From assembly GCA_963767445.1 (NCBI GenBank), contig CAVYEF010000001.1:3204869-3236868 (forward strand): a stretch of 32,000 bases of DNA, written 5' to 3'. Below, piece after piece: positions 22,104-31,027 of this stretch (the first letter of the stretch is position 1; each line of letters begins with the position of its first letter). This stretch comes from an uncultured Alphaproteobacteria bacterium. Lineage in GTDB: Bacteria; Pseudomonadota; Alphaproteobacteria; Rhizobiales; Xanthobacteraceae. The notes beneath the pieces are model-generated. The model was not told the DNA's origin, ran no database searches, and worked only from the letters and a program-made list of their open reading frames with translations. The position numbers and the translations under genes are program-made.

Positions 22104-23888
22104 ATGTCCGTCGATAATCTTGCCGCACTGAAAGCGCTGACCCCGTCCGTCGGGGACTCCGTCGAAATGAAGGGATACTACAATCCCGGTGACGGCGGCG
22201 GAAGCACCTTCTACTGGAGGAGCACGTCGACCGCGCCGGACAATGGCGGCACCGTCATTCAGCCCGCGGCCGGCGGCACCGGCCGGTGGTTTCGTGACTA
22301 TTCCGGCCCGCTCAACATCCTGTGGTTTGGCGCCGTCGAAGGAAATGTCGGCAACCAGCAGCCGGTCTACGTGGCTGCGGCCAACGAGGCCATCCGGCTC
22401 GGCGGCGGAACGGTCTATACCCCGCGCGGCCAGTTTCGCATCACCTCGGCCATTCCGGTCAGTTCCGCCCTTGTCAGCTACGAGGGCGATGGACAGGAAA
22501 GCATCATTCGCGCGGTAGGATGCGGCGCCTTCATCATCAGCTTCGTCGCGGCCTTCAACGATACCGCAATCCGCAAGCTCCATCTCGTTGGCCACGACGC
22601 GCAGACCGATATCGCCATCTACCAGCCGCCGGTCCTGAACTTCGACGATCGCGCCTATGGCCTCATCATCGAGGACAATCTGTTCGAGCACTGGAAGACC
22701 GCCGCCGAGTTCAACTGCATCCAGACCGTCACCATCCGGCACAATTGGGGCCAGTTCCTCAACAGCGGCTTCCGGTTCATCGGCTTCTGCGGCTCCGTCA
22801 ACGTGACTGAAAACACGCTGGTGTGCGGGTCGGCGTCCGCGGCGGACCAGTACGGCATCCTCGCCGACAGCTTCGACTACACCACCAATGGAGGCCTGCT
22901 GCAGCCGGAAGCGCTTCGCATTTACAGCAACAGCGTGTTCGGATTCGATCGCTGCATCGCCATCAAGGCGTCGATCTATTGCGAAATCGCGATGAACGAT
23001 ATCAAGGCGCAACTCGAGGGGATTGTCCTGGACTCGGTGCGGTCGACCACCCTGGTGATCGGGAATTACGTCGAGGTCGACACCGTAACCGCGTCCTGCG
23101 GCCTGCGGGTGAAGGACCAAGTCACCTATCGGGACGAAAAGATCATCATTCGCGACAACCATTTTCTCTCCGACGCCGAATCCGTCGAGGCAATCGGCGT
23201 GCTGGTCGGCAGCAATGGCGGCACCGGCCGTCGCAACAACACCGTCATCGAGAACAACAAGCTGATCGGATTCAAGTCGTCCGACATTGCCGTCTATGGC
23301 AGCGGCGGCCTGCGGATTCACGGCAACGACTGCCAGTCGACGGCGGTCGCCAACAGCATCGCGATCAAGGCCATCCCGGCCAATATGCCGGTCTACGTGT
23401 CGGAGAATGTCTGCGCCTCGATCATCTTCGATGAGGCGCCGGCGCTTGCGAACGGCCTGCTCCAGCTCGGGCCGAACGTCATCAACGGCACTACCTTCAT
23501 CGGCGCCACCATCGACGACCAGCCGTGGAAATCCTACACGCCGACCATCGTGGCGCAGATGCAGCCCCCGTTGCCGGCGGCGCAGGCGGTGTTTGCGCTG
23601 AACAGCGCGCGCTACAAGAAAATCGGCAAGACCGTTTTCATGGAAGCCGACGTTACCGTGACGAACGCGGGCGCCGGCACCGACGATCTGATGATCTCGC
23701 TTCCGGTGTCGCCGGCCGCGGCGTTCCGCTTCAACGGCAGCGGCGGCGAGTACGGCAGCACGGGCAGGGCGGTCGGCGCGATCGTGCCCGCGGGCGGAAC
23801 GACCGTCCACGTCCGCGACGTGAGTTCGTCGTCGATCGTCGTGACCGGCAACGCGGTTTCGATCACGGTGACCTACGAGGTGCCCTGA
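22104..23888 (+). CDS. Pectate-lyase-superfamily (tailspike-like right-handed beta-helix) protein, putative receptor-binding/depolymerase
   Basis: GGGAGA upstream of the ATG at 22104. N-terminus ...V.MKGYYNPGDGGGSTFYW......DNGGTVIQP....GRW.R.YSGPLNILWFGA ... GGGTVY.PRG.F.I resembles Pectate_lyase_3-type tailspikes. There is no signal peptide. GC looks somewhat lower than the neighbouring genes. Confidence 0.8.
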   Translation: MSVDNLAALKALTPSVGDSVEMKGYYNPGDGGGSTFYWRSTSTAPDNGGTVIQPAAGGTGRWFRDYSGPLNILWFGAVEGNVGNQQPVYVAAANEAIRLGGGTVYTPRGQFRITSAIPVSSALVSYEGDGQESIIRAVGCGAFIISFVAAFNDTAIRKLHLVGHDAQTDIAIYQPPVLNFDDRAYGLIIEDNLFEHWKTAAEFNCIQTVTIRHNWGQFLNSGFRFIGFCGSVNVTENTLVCGSASAADQYGILADSFDYTTNGGLLQPEALRIYSNSVFGFDRCIAIKASIYCEIAMNDIKAQLEGIVLDSVRSTTLVIGNYVEVDTVTASCGLRVKDQVTYRDEKIIIRDNHFLSDAESVEAIGVLVGSNGGTGRRNNTVIENNKLIGFKSSDIAVYGSGGLRIHGNDCQSTAVANSIAIKAIPANMPVYVSENVCASIIFDEAPALANGLLQLGPNVINGTTFIGATIDDQPWKSYTPTIVAQMQPPLPAAQAVFALNSARYKKIGKTVFMEADVTVTNAGAGTDDLMISLPVSPAAAFRFNGSGGEYGSTGRAVGAIVPAGGTTVHVRDVSSSSIVVTGNAVSITVTYEVP

Positions 23889-23993
23889 CCGGCATCGCGG
23901 CGGCGCCTGCTTCCGCACCTCGCGCTCACCCAATTCGCCGGCTTTCGTCGCGTGTCGCCCGGTGCGGCACCGTGAACGATCGCGGCATCCCTC

Positions 23994-24581
23994 ATGAAAG
24001 GAACGACAATGGACTGGAGCGATCTTGCAAAACAGGTGATCGCGCTCGGCGCGCCGATGCTGGGATCGGCGCTGGGCGGCCCGCTCGGCGGCGTAGCCGG
24101 CGAAATCCTCGCCAAGGCCGTGGGCTCGGTGACGCCCACGCCTTCGGCGGTGCAGGCCGCGCTGCCAGCCGCGGATCCCGCAAGGCTCGCGGAAGCCGAA
24201 GCGCAATGGGCGGACATGATCCGCGCCGAGGCCGAAACGCAGCGCACCGCGATTTCGGAAACCCAAGCCACCATCCGTGCCGAGATCGCCAGCTCCGATC
24301 CGGTGCAGCGCTGGTGGCGGCCGGCCTATGCATGGGAACTGACGCTGGAATGCGCGGCGCTGTGGATCGTGCTGGTGCACGAGTTCTGGACCGGCGACAT
24401 CGCGACCGTCAACGCGCTGGTCGGCGCCACCACATTGCTGGTGGCCTATTGGGGCTTCCGGTTCGGCGTGCTGGGCGTCTATATCTCCGGCCGGACCCGC
24501 GAAAAGGTCAGTGCCGCCACCGGTCAGGACGTGCCCGGCGCGATCGAAAAAATCGTCAAGGCGGTTGTGAAGAAAAAGTAA
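23994..24581 (+). CDS. GTA-type holin (3TM holin family)
   Basis: Gly-rich N-terminus (LGAPMLGSALGGPLGGVAGEIL), an Ala/Glu-rich helical middle, then WWRPAYAWELTLECAALWIVLV and further hydrophobic segments. This matches my recollection of the holin-of-3TMs family for gene-transfer release. The alternative start at ATG 24009 has a better AAGGAA spacing. Confidence 0.75.
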   Translation: MKGTTMDWSDLAKQVIALGAPMLGSALGGPLGGVAGEILAKAVGSVTPTPSAVQAALPAADPARLAEAEAQWADMIRAEAETQRTAISETQATIRAEIASSDPVQRWWRPAYAWELTLECAALWIVLVHEFWTGDIATVNALVGATTLLVAYWGFRFGVLGVYISGRTREKVSAATGQDVPGAIEKIVKAVVKKK

Positions 24582-24630
24582 CCTTCGGGGTTGATGTTGT
24601 TCATGGAGCATTCACGCGTGTGAGGCTCAT

Positions 24631-25341
24631 GTGGATGGCGACGCTGCCATTCAACCCGCGGAGACCGAGTTGCGCCTGCTCGTCGTCGAAGATGACCCCG
24701 ATCTCAACCGTCAACTCACCACGGCGCTGACCGACGCCGGCTATGTCGTGGACCGCGCTTTCGACGGCGAGGAGGGACACTTCCTGGGCGACAGCGAACC
24801 CTATGACGCCGTGGTGCTCGACATCGGACTGCCGAAGATGGACGGCATCTCGGTGCTGGAGGCGTGGCGCCGCAACAAGCGGGCGATGCCGGTGCTGATC
24901 CTGACCGCGCGGGACCGCTGGAGCGACAAGGTACAGGGTTTCGACGCCGGCGCCGACGACTATGTCGCAAAACCGTTTCACCTCGAGGAAGTCCTGGCGC
25001 GCATCCGCGCGCTGCTGCGCCGCACCGCCGGTCATGCGCAAAGCGAACTCATCTGCGGGCCGGTGTCGCTGGACACCCGCACCAATCGCGTGACCGTCAA
25101 TGGCGCGCATATCAAGATGACCTCGCACGAATACCGGCTGCTGGCCTATCTGATGCACCACACCGGGCGCGTGGTGTCGCGCACCGAACTGGTCGAGCAT
25201 CTCTACGACCAGGATTTCGACCGCGATTCCAACACCATCGAAGTCTTCGTCGGCCGCATTCGCAAGAAGCTCGACGTCGACATCATCCAGACCGTGCGCG
25301 GCCTCGGCTATCTGCTGACGCCGCCGACCGACGCGAGCTAG
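24631..25341 (+). CDS. OmpR-family response regulator (FeuP-like by recollection)
   Basis: Receiver domain (LLVVEDD...DAVVLDIGLPKMDG...PVLILTARD...GADDYV.KPF) plus a winged-helix output domain (LT.HEYRLL.YLM.H.G.VVSR.EL.EH.Y.....DSNTIEVFVGR.RKK...IQTVRGLGY.L). The more likely start is TTG 24670 (GGAGA 6 nt upstream), giving MRLLVVEDD. Confidence 0.93.
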   Translation: MDGDAAIQPAETELRLLVVEDDPDLNRQLTTALTDAGYVVDRAFDGEEGHFLGDSEPYDAVVLDIGLPKMDGISVLEAWRRNKRAMPVLILTARDRWSDKVQGFDAGADDYVAKPFHLEEVLARIRALLRRTAGHAQSELICGPVSLDTRTNRVTVNGAHIKMTSHEYRLLAYLMHHTGRVVSRTELVEHLYDQDFDRDSNTIEVFVGRIRKKLDVDIIQTVRGLGYLLTPPTDAS

Positions 25342-25363
25342 GTTCGCACCTTTTACCATCCAC

Positions 25364-25622
25364 GTCGTCCCCGCGCAGGCGCTAAGGCATGCACACATCT
25401 CGTCATGCGCGGGCTTGACCCGCGCATCCATCCATCTTCGAAAGAGTCTTTCGAAGATGGATGGATTGCCGGGTCAAGCCCGGCAATGACGACAGAGATA
25501 TGTGCATGCCCTAGCGCGCAGGCGGGGACCCATAACCTCCGATGCCTGTTGCTGAAGGACTGGGGCCCAGCCTTCGCAAAACATCGGCGGAGGCTATGGG
25601 TCCCCGCCTGCGCGGGGACGAC
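25364..25622. repeat. Composite REP: family-A element with a full family-B/C MITE in the left arm
   Basis: GTCGTCCCC-GCGCAGGC-[GCTAAGGCATGCAC...GTGCATGCCCTAGC]-GCGCAGGC-GGGGACCCATAACC...GGCTATGGGTCCCCGCCTGCGCGGGGACGAC. There is an exact 8-bp direct duplication. Confidence 0.9.
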
Positions 25623-25693
25623 AGCTGTGTTTGAGGCTGCCGTGCTCACATCCGCACTGTAATTCTCCCGCGCTTTGGTTCAGAACGCTCTTG

Positions 25694-27127
25694 ATGGAAA
25701 CGCGGTCAACACCGAGAGACGTCCTGCATCGCGGAGCGAATTCGCTCGCCACCCGGCTGTTCGTCTCGGCCACCGCCTGGGTCGTTGTGATCCTGCTGAT
25801 CACCGGGGTCGTGCTGTCGTCGGTGTACCGCTCGGCCTCCGAGCGCGCGTTCGACCGCCGGCTCAATCTCTATCTTCGTACGCTGGTGGCTGACGTCGCG
25901 ACCCCGGACGAGCCGGCCAACAAGCAGATGCAGTCGCTCGGCGAGCCGCTGTTCGAGCTGCCGCTGTCGGGCTGGTACTGGCAGGTCACCCGTACCGACG
26001 GCGAAAAGCCCGAGGTGAAATCGTCGCGCTCGCTGTGGGACAAGAAGCTGCCGAAACTCGAGGAGCAGGGCGCGGACCTGACCGCGGCCGGCATCCGCAT
26101 CGGCTATGTCGAGGGTCCGGAAGGCCAGACCCTGCGCATGGTGGAGCGGCCGGTCGATCTCGGCGCCGACGGCAAATATCTGGTGATGGTGGCCGGCGAC
26201 GGATCCGAGATTTTCGAGGAGACCCGCGCCTTCGACTATTATCTCGGCGGCACCTTCGCGGCACTCTCGGTGGTGCTGGTGCTGACCACCATCTTCCAGG
26301 TGCGCTTTGGCCTCGCGCCGCTGAAGCGCATCTCGGACGCCATCGCCGACATCCGCTCCGGCCGCGCCGAGCGCCTCGAGGGCGAGTTCCCGGTCGAGAT
26401 CGCGCCGTTGGCGCGCGAGACCAACGCGCTGATCGACGCCAACCGCGAAATCGTCGAGCGCGCGCGCACCCATGTCGGCAATCTCGCGCACGCCATCAAG
26501 ACGCCGCTGTCGGTGCTGGTCAACGAAGCGTCGTCGCGCGGCGGCGATCCGTTCGCTTCAAAAGTATTGGAGCAGACCGGGGTGATGCGCGATCAGGTCG
26601 CCCATCACCTCGAGCGCGCGCGCATCGCCGCGCGGCTGACCATCATCGGCACCGTCACCGACGTCGCGCCAGCGATCGAGGCGCTGCGCCGGACCATGGA
26701 AAAGATCCACCGCGACCGCGGCCTCGTCATCGACGTCGAGGCGGACACCTCGGCGAAATTCCGCGGCGAGCGGCAGGACCTCGAGGAAATGGTCGGCAAC
26801 CTGGTCGACAATGCCTGCAAGTGGTGCCGTTCGCGGGTGTTCATCGAGGTGCTGGTGGAGCAGGCAGGCCGCGTCGACGCGCGGGCAATCGGCGAGGCGG
26901 ACGGCCCGATGCTGCGCATCGTCGTCGACGACGACGGCCGTGGCCTGTCGCCCGCCGAACGTGCCCAGGTCTCGCGCCGCGGCGCGCGGCTGGACGAATC
27001 CAAGCCCGGCTCCGAACTCGGGCTGTCGATCGTGGTGGACCTCGCGGCGCTCTATGGCGGCAACCTGACGCTGGGCGCCGCGCCGATCGGAGGCTTGCGG
27101 GCGGAGCTCATGCTGCCGGGGGTGTGA
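25694..27127 (+). CDS. Sensor histidine kinase (FeuQ-like partner)
   Basis: Two TM segments flank a periplasmic region. HAMP-like linker, H-box GNLAHAIKTPLSVL, N-box NLVDNACKW, G-boxes DDDGRGL and GSELGLSIV. I chose the internal ATG at 25694 because upstream is REP sequence. Confidence 0.9.
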   Translation: METRSTPRDVLHRGANSLATRLFVSATAWVVVILLITGVVLSSVYRSASERAFDRRLNLYLRTLVADVATPDEPANKQMQSLGEPLFELPLSGWYWQVTRTDGEKPEVKSSRSLWDKKLPKLEEQGADLTAAGIRIGYVEGPEGQTLRMVERPVDLGADGKYLVMVAGDGSEIFEETRAFDYYLGGTFAALSVVLVLTTIFQVRFGLAPLKRISDAIADIRSGRAERLEGEFPVEIAPLARETNALIDANREIVERARTHVGNLAHAIKTPLSVLVNEASSRGGDPFASKVLEQTGVMRDQVAHHLERARIAARLTIIGTVTDVAPAIEALRRTMEKIHRDRGLVIDVEADTSAKFRGERQDLEEMVGNLVDNACKWCRSRVFIEVLVEQAGRVDARAIGEADGPMLRIVVDDDGRGLSPAERAQVSRRGARLDESKPGSELGLSIVVDLAALYGGNLTLGAAPIGGLRAELMLPGV

Positions 27128-27228
27128 GGCGGCACGGGCGCCACCGTCTGCGTGCCGTGGACGCAGCGCGGCGGACCGTAAACGCGTTTATGACGTTGCG
27201 CGCCCGGAATACGCGCGACAACCACGGT

Positions 27229-27316
27229 GTCATGGCCGGACTTGATCCGGCCATCCATCCTCCTTGCAAGAACTCTTTGAATGATGGATGCGCGGGTCAA
27301 GCCCGCGCATGATGAC
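27229..27316. repeat. Family-C palindrome (diverged)
   Basis: GTCATGGCCGGACTTGATCCGGCCATCCATCC...GATGGATGCGCGGGTCAAGCCCGCGCATGATGAC, downstream of the kinase gene. Confidence 0.85.
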
Positions 27317-27491
27317 GCACGGCCTGAATGCCGCGCAGGTGTCAAATTCTTTGCTGAAATAGCAATTGGCTGAGGAGGTCGTGGCATATGGCATCTGCAA
27401 TCGATTCTGCCGTCGCCCGCCGCTTTCCCGCCCGAATTCTGCCGTCTCTGTTAAATCGTCCCGCGCATCTGTTTCCATTTCCGGAGTCCGC

Positions 27492-27950
27492 ATGATCGAC
27501 CCAAAGCCCGTGCTGCTGCTTGCGACGGCGCTGGCGCTTGGCGGCTGCGATCTTACGTCGAAAAGTGGTACGGGCGAGGGCGGCACGGCCAGAGCTTTCA
27601 GCGGCGTCGGCGGAACCGGCGACAGCGCCGCGGCAGCGGCTGCGCTGACCAATGCGGAACTTGGCCGGCTGATCGGCGTCAAGCTCGGTGCCGCGCTCAA
27701 CGACGACGACCGCCGTCTCGCCTATGAGGCGCAGATCAAGGCGCTGGAAAGCGGTTCCCCCGGCGCGCCGATGCCCTGGCGAAACTCCGCCTCGGGGCAT
27801 TACGGCAATATCGTTCCCGGGCCCGCCTACGACCGCAAAGGCGCGCAGTGCCGGGGCTATTCGCATTCGGTGACCATCAATGGCCAACTCGAAATCGCCC
27901 GCGGCACCGCCTGCCGCGGCACCGACGGGGCCTGGAGCGCGGTGGGGTAG
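27492..27950 (+). CDS. Lipoprotein with surface-antigen-like domain
   Basis: GGAG upstream of the ATG at 27492. Lipobox LALGG-C. The C-terminal pattern W.N..SGH.G.I.PG........CR.Y.H.V.I.G........ACR..DG.W resembles the 17-kDa surface antigen / COG4520 family. Confidence 0.75.
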   Translation: MIDPKPVLLLATALALGGCDLTSKSGTGEGGTARAFSGVGGTGDSAAAAAALTNAELGRLIGVKLGAALNDDDRRLAYEAQIKALESGSPGAPMPWRNSASGHYGNIVPGPAYDRKGAQCRGYSHSVTINGQLEIARGTACRGTDGAWSAVG

Positions 27951-27963
27951 CGCCCTCAACGCC

Positions 27964-28063
27964 GTCATTTCGGGGCGTGCCATTTAGGCGCGTACCCGGA
28001 ATCCAGCAACACGGTGCTAACTTTCTGGATTTCGGGTTCGCGCGGAAGGCGCCCCGGAATGAC
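27964..28063. repeat. Family-E palindromic REP
   Basis: GTCATTTCGGGGCG...CCGGAATCCAG...CTGGATTTCGG...GCGCCCCGGAATGAC, downstream of the lipoprotein gene. Confidence 0.8.
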
Positions 28064-28156
28064 GGGTTTCCCCTTCTTCCTCAACGGCTTCTTAACGCCG
28101 ACGCTGATATGACACCCGGTGGACCGCCTTGGCGGTCGTCACGGGCTTTCCGGCGC

Positions 28157-29554
28157 ATGGGCCAAACATCGATCGAGCGGCTGAGGGACTATCTCGCGCA
28201 GCTTCCGCCGCAGGCGCAGGCGCTGCTGATGCGGGAGTTCGAGCGCGCCATCGAGCGTGGCGAGGACGCTTCCGTCGCCACCTTCGTGCTCGGCGAGTTG
28301 CGTAAGATCGTGCGCGGCGCCGACGAGGCGATGCGGCCGCGCACCGACGATCCGGCGCGGCTCACCTTCCGCGCCCTCGAGCCGTTCCTGGTCGAGGCCA
28401 ATCTGCCGGTGCGGCCCGGGCAGATCCGGCGCGCCTCACTATCACCGATCTGGCAGTGGCTGGTGCGCGACGGCGCGCCCGATGCCTATCGGCAGTTCGA
28501 AGCAGCACTTGCGCGGCTGAAGGAATCCGCAACCGAAGCCGATCTCGACAGGCCGGTGCGCAAATTCCAGCTCGCGGCCGCCGAGGCCATCGCCGGCATC
28601 GCGACGCCGGCGGGCGGCGACCGGCAGCGCGCGCTGGCCCGGATCGGTCCCCCCAACGCGATCGAGGACATGCTGCCGGTCGGCGCCGTGCTCGGCGCCC
28701 GCGAAGCGCTGGACACCCTGGGCGGCCGGCTGCCGAGTTACCTGCGGCTGTTCGCGGATTCGCAGATCACCTCGGTGACCGCCTCCCTCAACGTTCCCGC
28801 CTTGCAGACGCCGCAGGTACTGCCGTTCGCGCTGTCGCTGGTGATGCGGCGGCTGTCGGCACCGTGGCAGATCATCCGTCTCGCGATCAGGATCGCCGGC
28901 TCCGACGACGAGATCCGTGTCGCCGCCACCTCCTGTGGCGTCGCCGTCACCATGGCGCTGCACGATTTGTCGATCGTCGCGGCCAGGCTGCGGGCCGACA
29001 TCAAGCGCGGTCAGTTCAACGACGTCGGCGAGCATCTCAAGACCATTCATGACGGCGTGCGCGGCCTGCGCACCGAACTCGATCTGCGCAACGACTCGCC
29101 GTGGGGCAAGCAGCTCACCGCGCTGCGCGCCGATATTTCCAACGCCTTGCAGGCGGAGATCGACAGCGTCCCGGGGCGGGTGCGGCGGCTGCTGCGGCAG
29201 CGCGCCGACAAGGACATTTCCGCAAGCGCCCGGCTGGATCCGTCCGATGTCGACGAGACCGCGGACCTGATCGACTTCGTCGCGGTGTGCCGCACCTATG
29301 CCAGCGAGCTTGCGATCAACGAAGTGACGCTGCGCACCTTCTCCGACCTGCAGCACTATGTCGAACACTCCACCGAGGCGCTGGTGCAGTCGTTGCGTGC
29401 CGCGGATTCGCGCGCGCGCGCGTTCCGGCACACCCAGGTCAAGGCCGCGATCCGCTTCTGCGACGTGCTGTTCGGCCACGACTATGCCTCGCTGATGTCG
29501 AGGGCCGCGGAGAACGCGCTGTCTGGCGAACGCAAGCCGACCAAGGTGGGGTAG
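28157..29554 (+). CDS. Conserved hypothetical, predicted all-alpha protein
   Basis: Long ORF with coding-like composition. The start is uncertain (ATG 28157 or upstream in-frame starts). I recognise no motif. Confidence 0.55.
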   Translation: MGQTSIERLRDYLAQLPPQAQALLMREFERAIERGEDASVATFVLGELRKIVRGADEAMRPRTDDPARLTFRALEPFLVEANLPVRPGQIRRASLSPIWQWLVRDGAPDAYRQFEAALARLKESATEADLDRPVRKFQLAAAEAIAGIATPAGGDRQRALARIGPPNAIEDMLPVGAVLGAREALDTLGGRLPSYLRLFADSQITSVTASLNVPALQTPQVLPFALSLVMRRLSAPWQIIRLAIRIAGSDDEIRVAATSCGVAVTMALHDLSIVAARLRADIKRGQFNDVGEHLKTIHDGVRGLRTELDLRNDSPWGKQLTALRADISNALQAEIDSVPGRVRRLLRQRADKDISASARLDPSDVDETADLIDFVAVCRTYASELAINEVTLRTFSDLQHYVEHSTEALVQSLRAADSRARAFRHTQVKAAIRFCDVLFGHDYASLMSRAAENALSGERKPTKVG

Positions 29555-29717
29555 GCTCTACAGATTCACATCTCGTCATATCCGGGTGTAGTCGCGGTTT
29601 CTGCCTCATTTGCCCGCGTTCCGTGCCGCAATTGTCAATTGCGCTGTATCCCCGCCCATGATGTAAACCGGCGCATCGGCGCCGCTGTCCGGCCGCCGTT
29701 CCAGTCGGATCCGCTGA

Positions 29718-30818
29718 ATGGCACTATGGTTTGTATTCGCGCTGATGACGGCCGCCGCGGTGTTCGCGGTGCTGTGGCCGCTCGGGCGCGGGCAGCGGCC
29801 GCAACGCGGCGGCAGCGAGGCCACCGTCTACAAGGACCAGCTTGCCGAAATCGAGCGCGACGTCGCGGCGGGGCTGATCGCAGCACCCGAGGCCGAGGCG
29901 GCACGGATCGAGATCAGCCGGCGCCTGCTGGCGGCGGCCGATTCCGAACGCGATATCCCGGCCTCTACCAGCACTACGCTGCGCCGCGCCGTCGCGGTGG
30001 TGGCGCTGGCCGGGCTGCCGGTGCTGGCGGTGGCGCTGTATCTGCCGCTCGGCTCGCCGCGCCTTCCCGATTTTCCGCTCAGCCAGCGCGCGCAGGCGCC
30101 GGCGGCGTCGCAGCCGCTGGATAATCTGGTGGCGCAGGTCGAGGCGCATCTGGAGAAAAACCCCTCCGATGGCCGTGGCTGGAACGTGCTGGCGCCGGTG
30201 CTGCTTAAGCTCGGCCGCTTCGACGACGCGGTGCGGGCCTATCGCAATGTCATCGCTTATGATGGCGACAGCGCTTCGCGACGCGCCGATCTCGGCGAGG
30301 CCATCGGTGCGGCGGCCGGCGGCGTCGTCACGGCGGAAGCGAAGGCCGAATTCGAGCGCGCCATCGCGTTGAATCCGGACGAGGCCAAGGCCAGCTATTT
30401 TCTTGGAGTCGCGGCCGAGCAGGATGGCCGCCCGCCGGAGGCGGCGTCGATCTGGCGCGCGATGCTCGGCAAGGCGCCGCCGGACGCGCCGTGGCGTCCG
30501 CTGGTGCAGGCGGCGCTGGCGCGGGTCGGCGCAACCGCGCCCGCGCTGTCCGACGACACCATGGCCGCGGCCAAGGACATGACCGAACCCGATCGTAACG
30601 CCATGATCCGCGGCATGGTCGATCGGCTCGCGACGCGGCTGAAGCAGAACGGCGACGACGTGGAGGGATGGCTGCGGCTGGTGCGGGCCTATATGGTGAT
30701 GGGCGACCGCGACAAGGCGAGCAGCGCCAGCGCGGATGCGCGCCAAGCCGTCGCCAACGATGCGGAACGGCTGCGGACGCTGAACGAGGGACTGAAGAAT
30801 CTTGGGCTGGATGGTTGA
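29718..30818 (+). CDS. ccmI: Cytochrome c-type biogenesis protein CcmI (CycH)
   Basis: MALWFVFALMTAAAVFAVLWPL....YKDQLAEIERDVA.GLI...EAEAARIEI.RRLL is the characteristic CcmI N-terminus. It has a second TM segment and TPR-like C-terminal repeats, and lies upstream of ccmE-ccmF. Confidence 0.85.
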   Translation: MALWFVFALMTAAAVFAVLWPLGRGQRPQRGGSEATVYKDQLAEIERDVAAGLIAAPEAEAARIEISRRLLAAADSERDIPASTSTTLRRAVAVVALAGLPVLAVALYLPLGSPRLPDFPLSQRAQAPAASQPLDNLVAQVEAHLEKNPSDGRGWNVLAPVLLKLGRFDDAVRAYRNVIAYDGDSASRRADLGEAIGAAAGGVVTAEAKAEFERAIALNPDEAKASYFLGVAAEQDGRPPEAASIWRAMLGKAPPDAPWRPLVQAALARVGATAPALSDDTMAAAKDMTEPDRNAMIRGMVDRLATRLKQNGDDVEGWLRLVRAYMVMGDRDKASSASADARQAVANDAERLRTLNEGLKNLGLDG

Positions 30819-30848
30819 ATGCGAATCTTGAACGCAGGCCTCTTTTCA

Positions 30849-30978
30849 CCTCGCCCCGCGTGCGGGGAGAGGTCGCCGCGCATCGTCAGATGCGCGGCGG
30901 GTGAGGGGGGCTATCCGCGAGTTCCGGTGCGTGGAGGGTCTCCCTCACCCCAACCCTCTCCCCGCAAGCGGGGAGAGG
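30849..30978. repeat. Family-F hairpin pair
   Basis: CCTCGCCCCGCGTGCGGGGAGAGG ... GGTGAGGGG/CCCTCACC ... CCTCTCCCCGCAAGCGGGGAGAGG, between ccmI and ccmE. Confidence 0.8.
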
Positions 30979-31027
30979 AGGCTCACCGCGCCTGGCGGCA
31001 ACGATTTTGCGTCAACGCAGGCCTGTC

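Noticed and set aside
22086-24611. Very long antisense ORFs: 841 aa here, plus 4761-5840(-), 14415-15398(-), 16176-17063(-), 17622-18239(-), 28442-29479(-), 29724-30746(-), 20981-21829(-), and the alternative-frame sense ORFs 14351-16078 and 26035-27312.
   Set aside because: Their translations are Arg/Ala/Gly/Pro-rich and low in complexity. They overlap ORFs with clear family signatures on the other strand or in another frame. These are typical shadow ORFs of high-GC DNA.
24582-24612. Small hairpin AACCTTCGGGGTT followed by GATGTTGTT after the holin gene, as a possible terminator.
   Set aside because: The stem is only 4-5 bp and the T-run is interrupted. That is not enough to call.
24631-27127. 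Idea that the adjacent OmpR-family two-component system regulates the GTA cluster.
   Set aside because: Adjacency is the only evidence. Known GTA regulation runs through CckA-ChpT-CtrA, GafA and quorum sensing, not FeuPQ-like envelope-stress systems. The pair is separated from the GTA genes by a composite REP and looks like ordinary core genome.
119-30978. Possibility that the recurring repeats form a CRISPR array.
   Set aside because: The repeats are long internal palindromes from several families, are irregularly spaced, and are separated by whole genes. There is no repeat-spacer periodicity and no cas genes.
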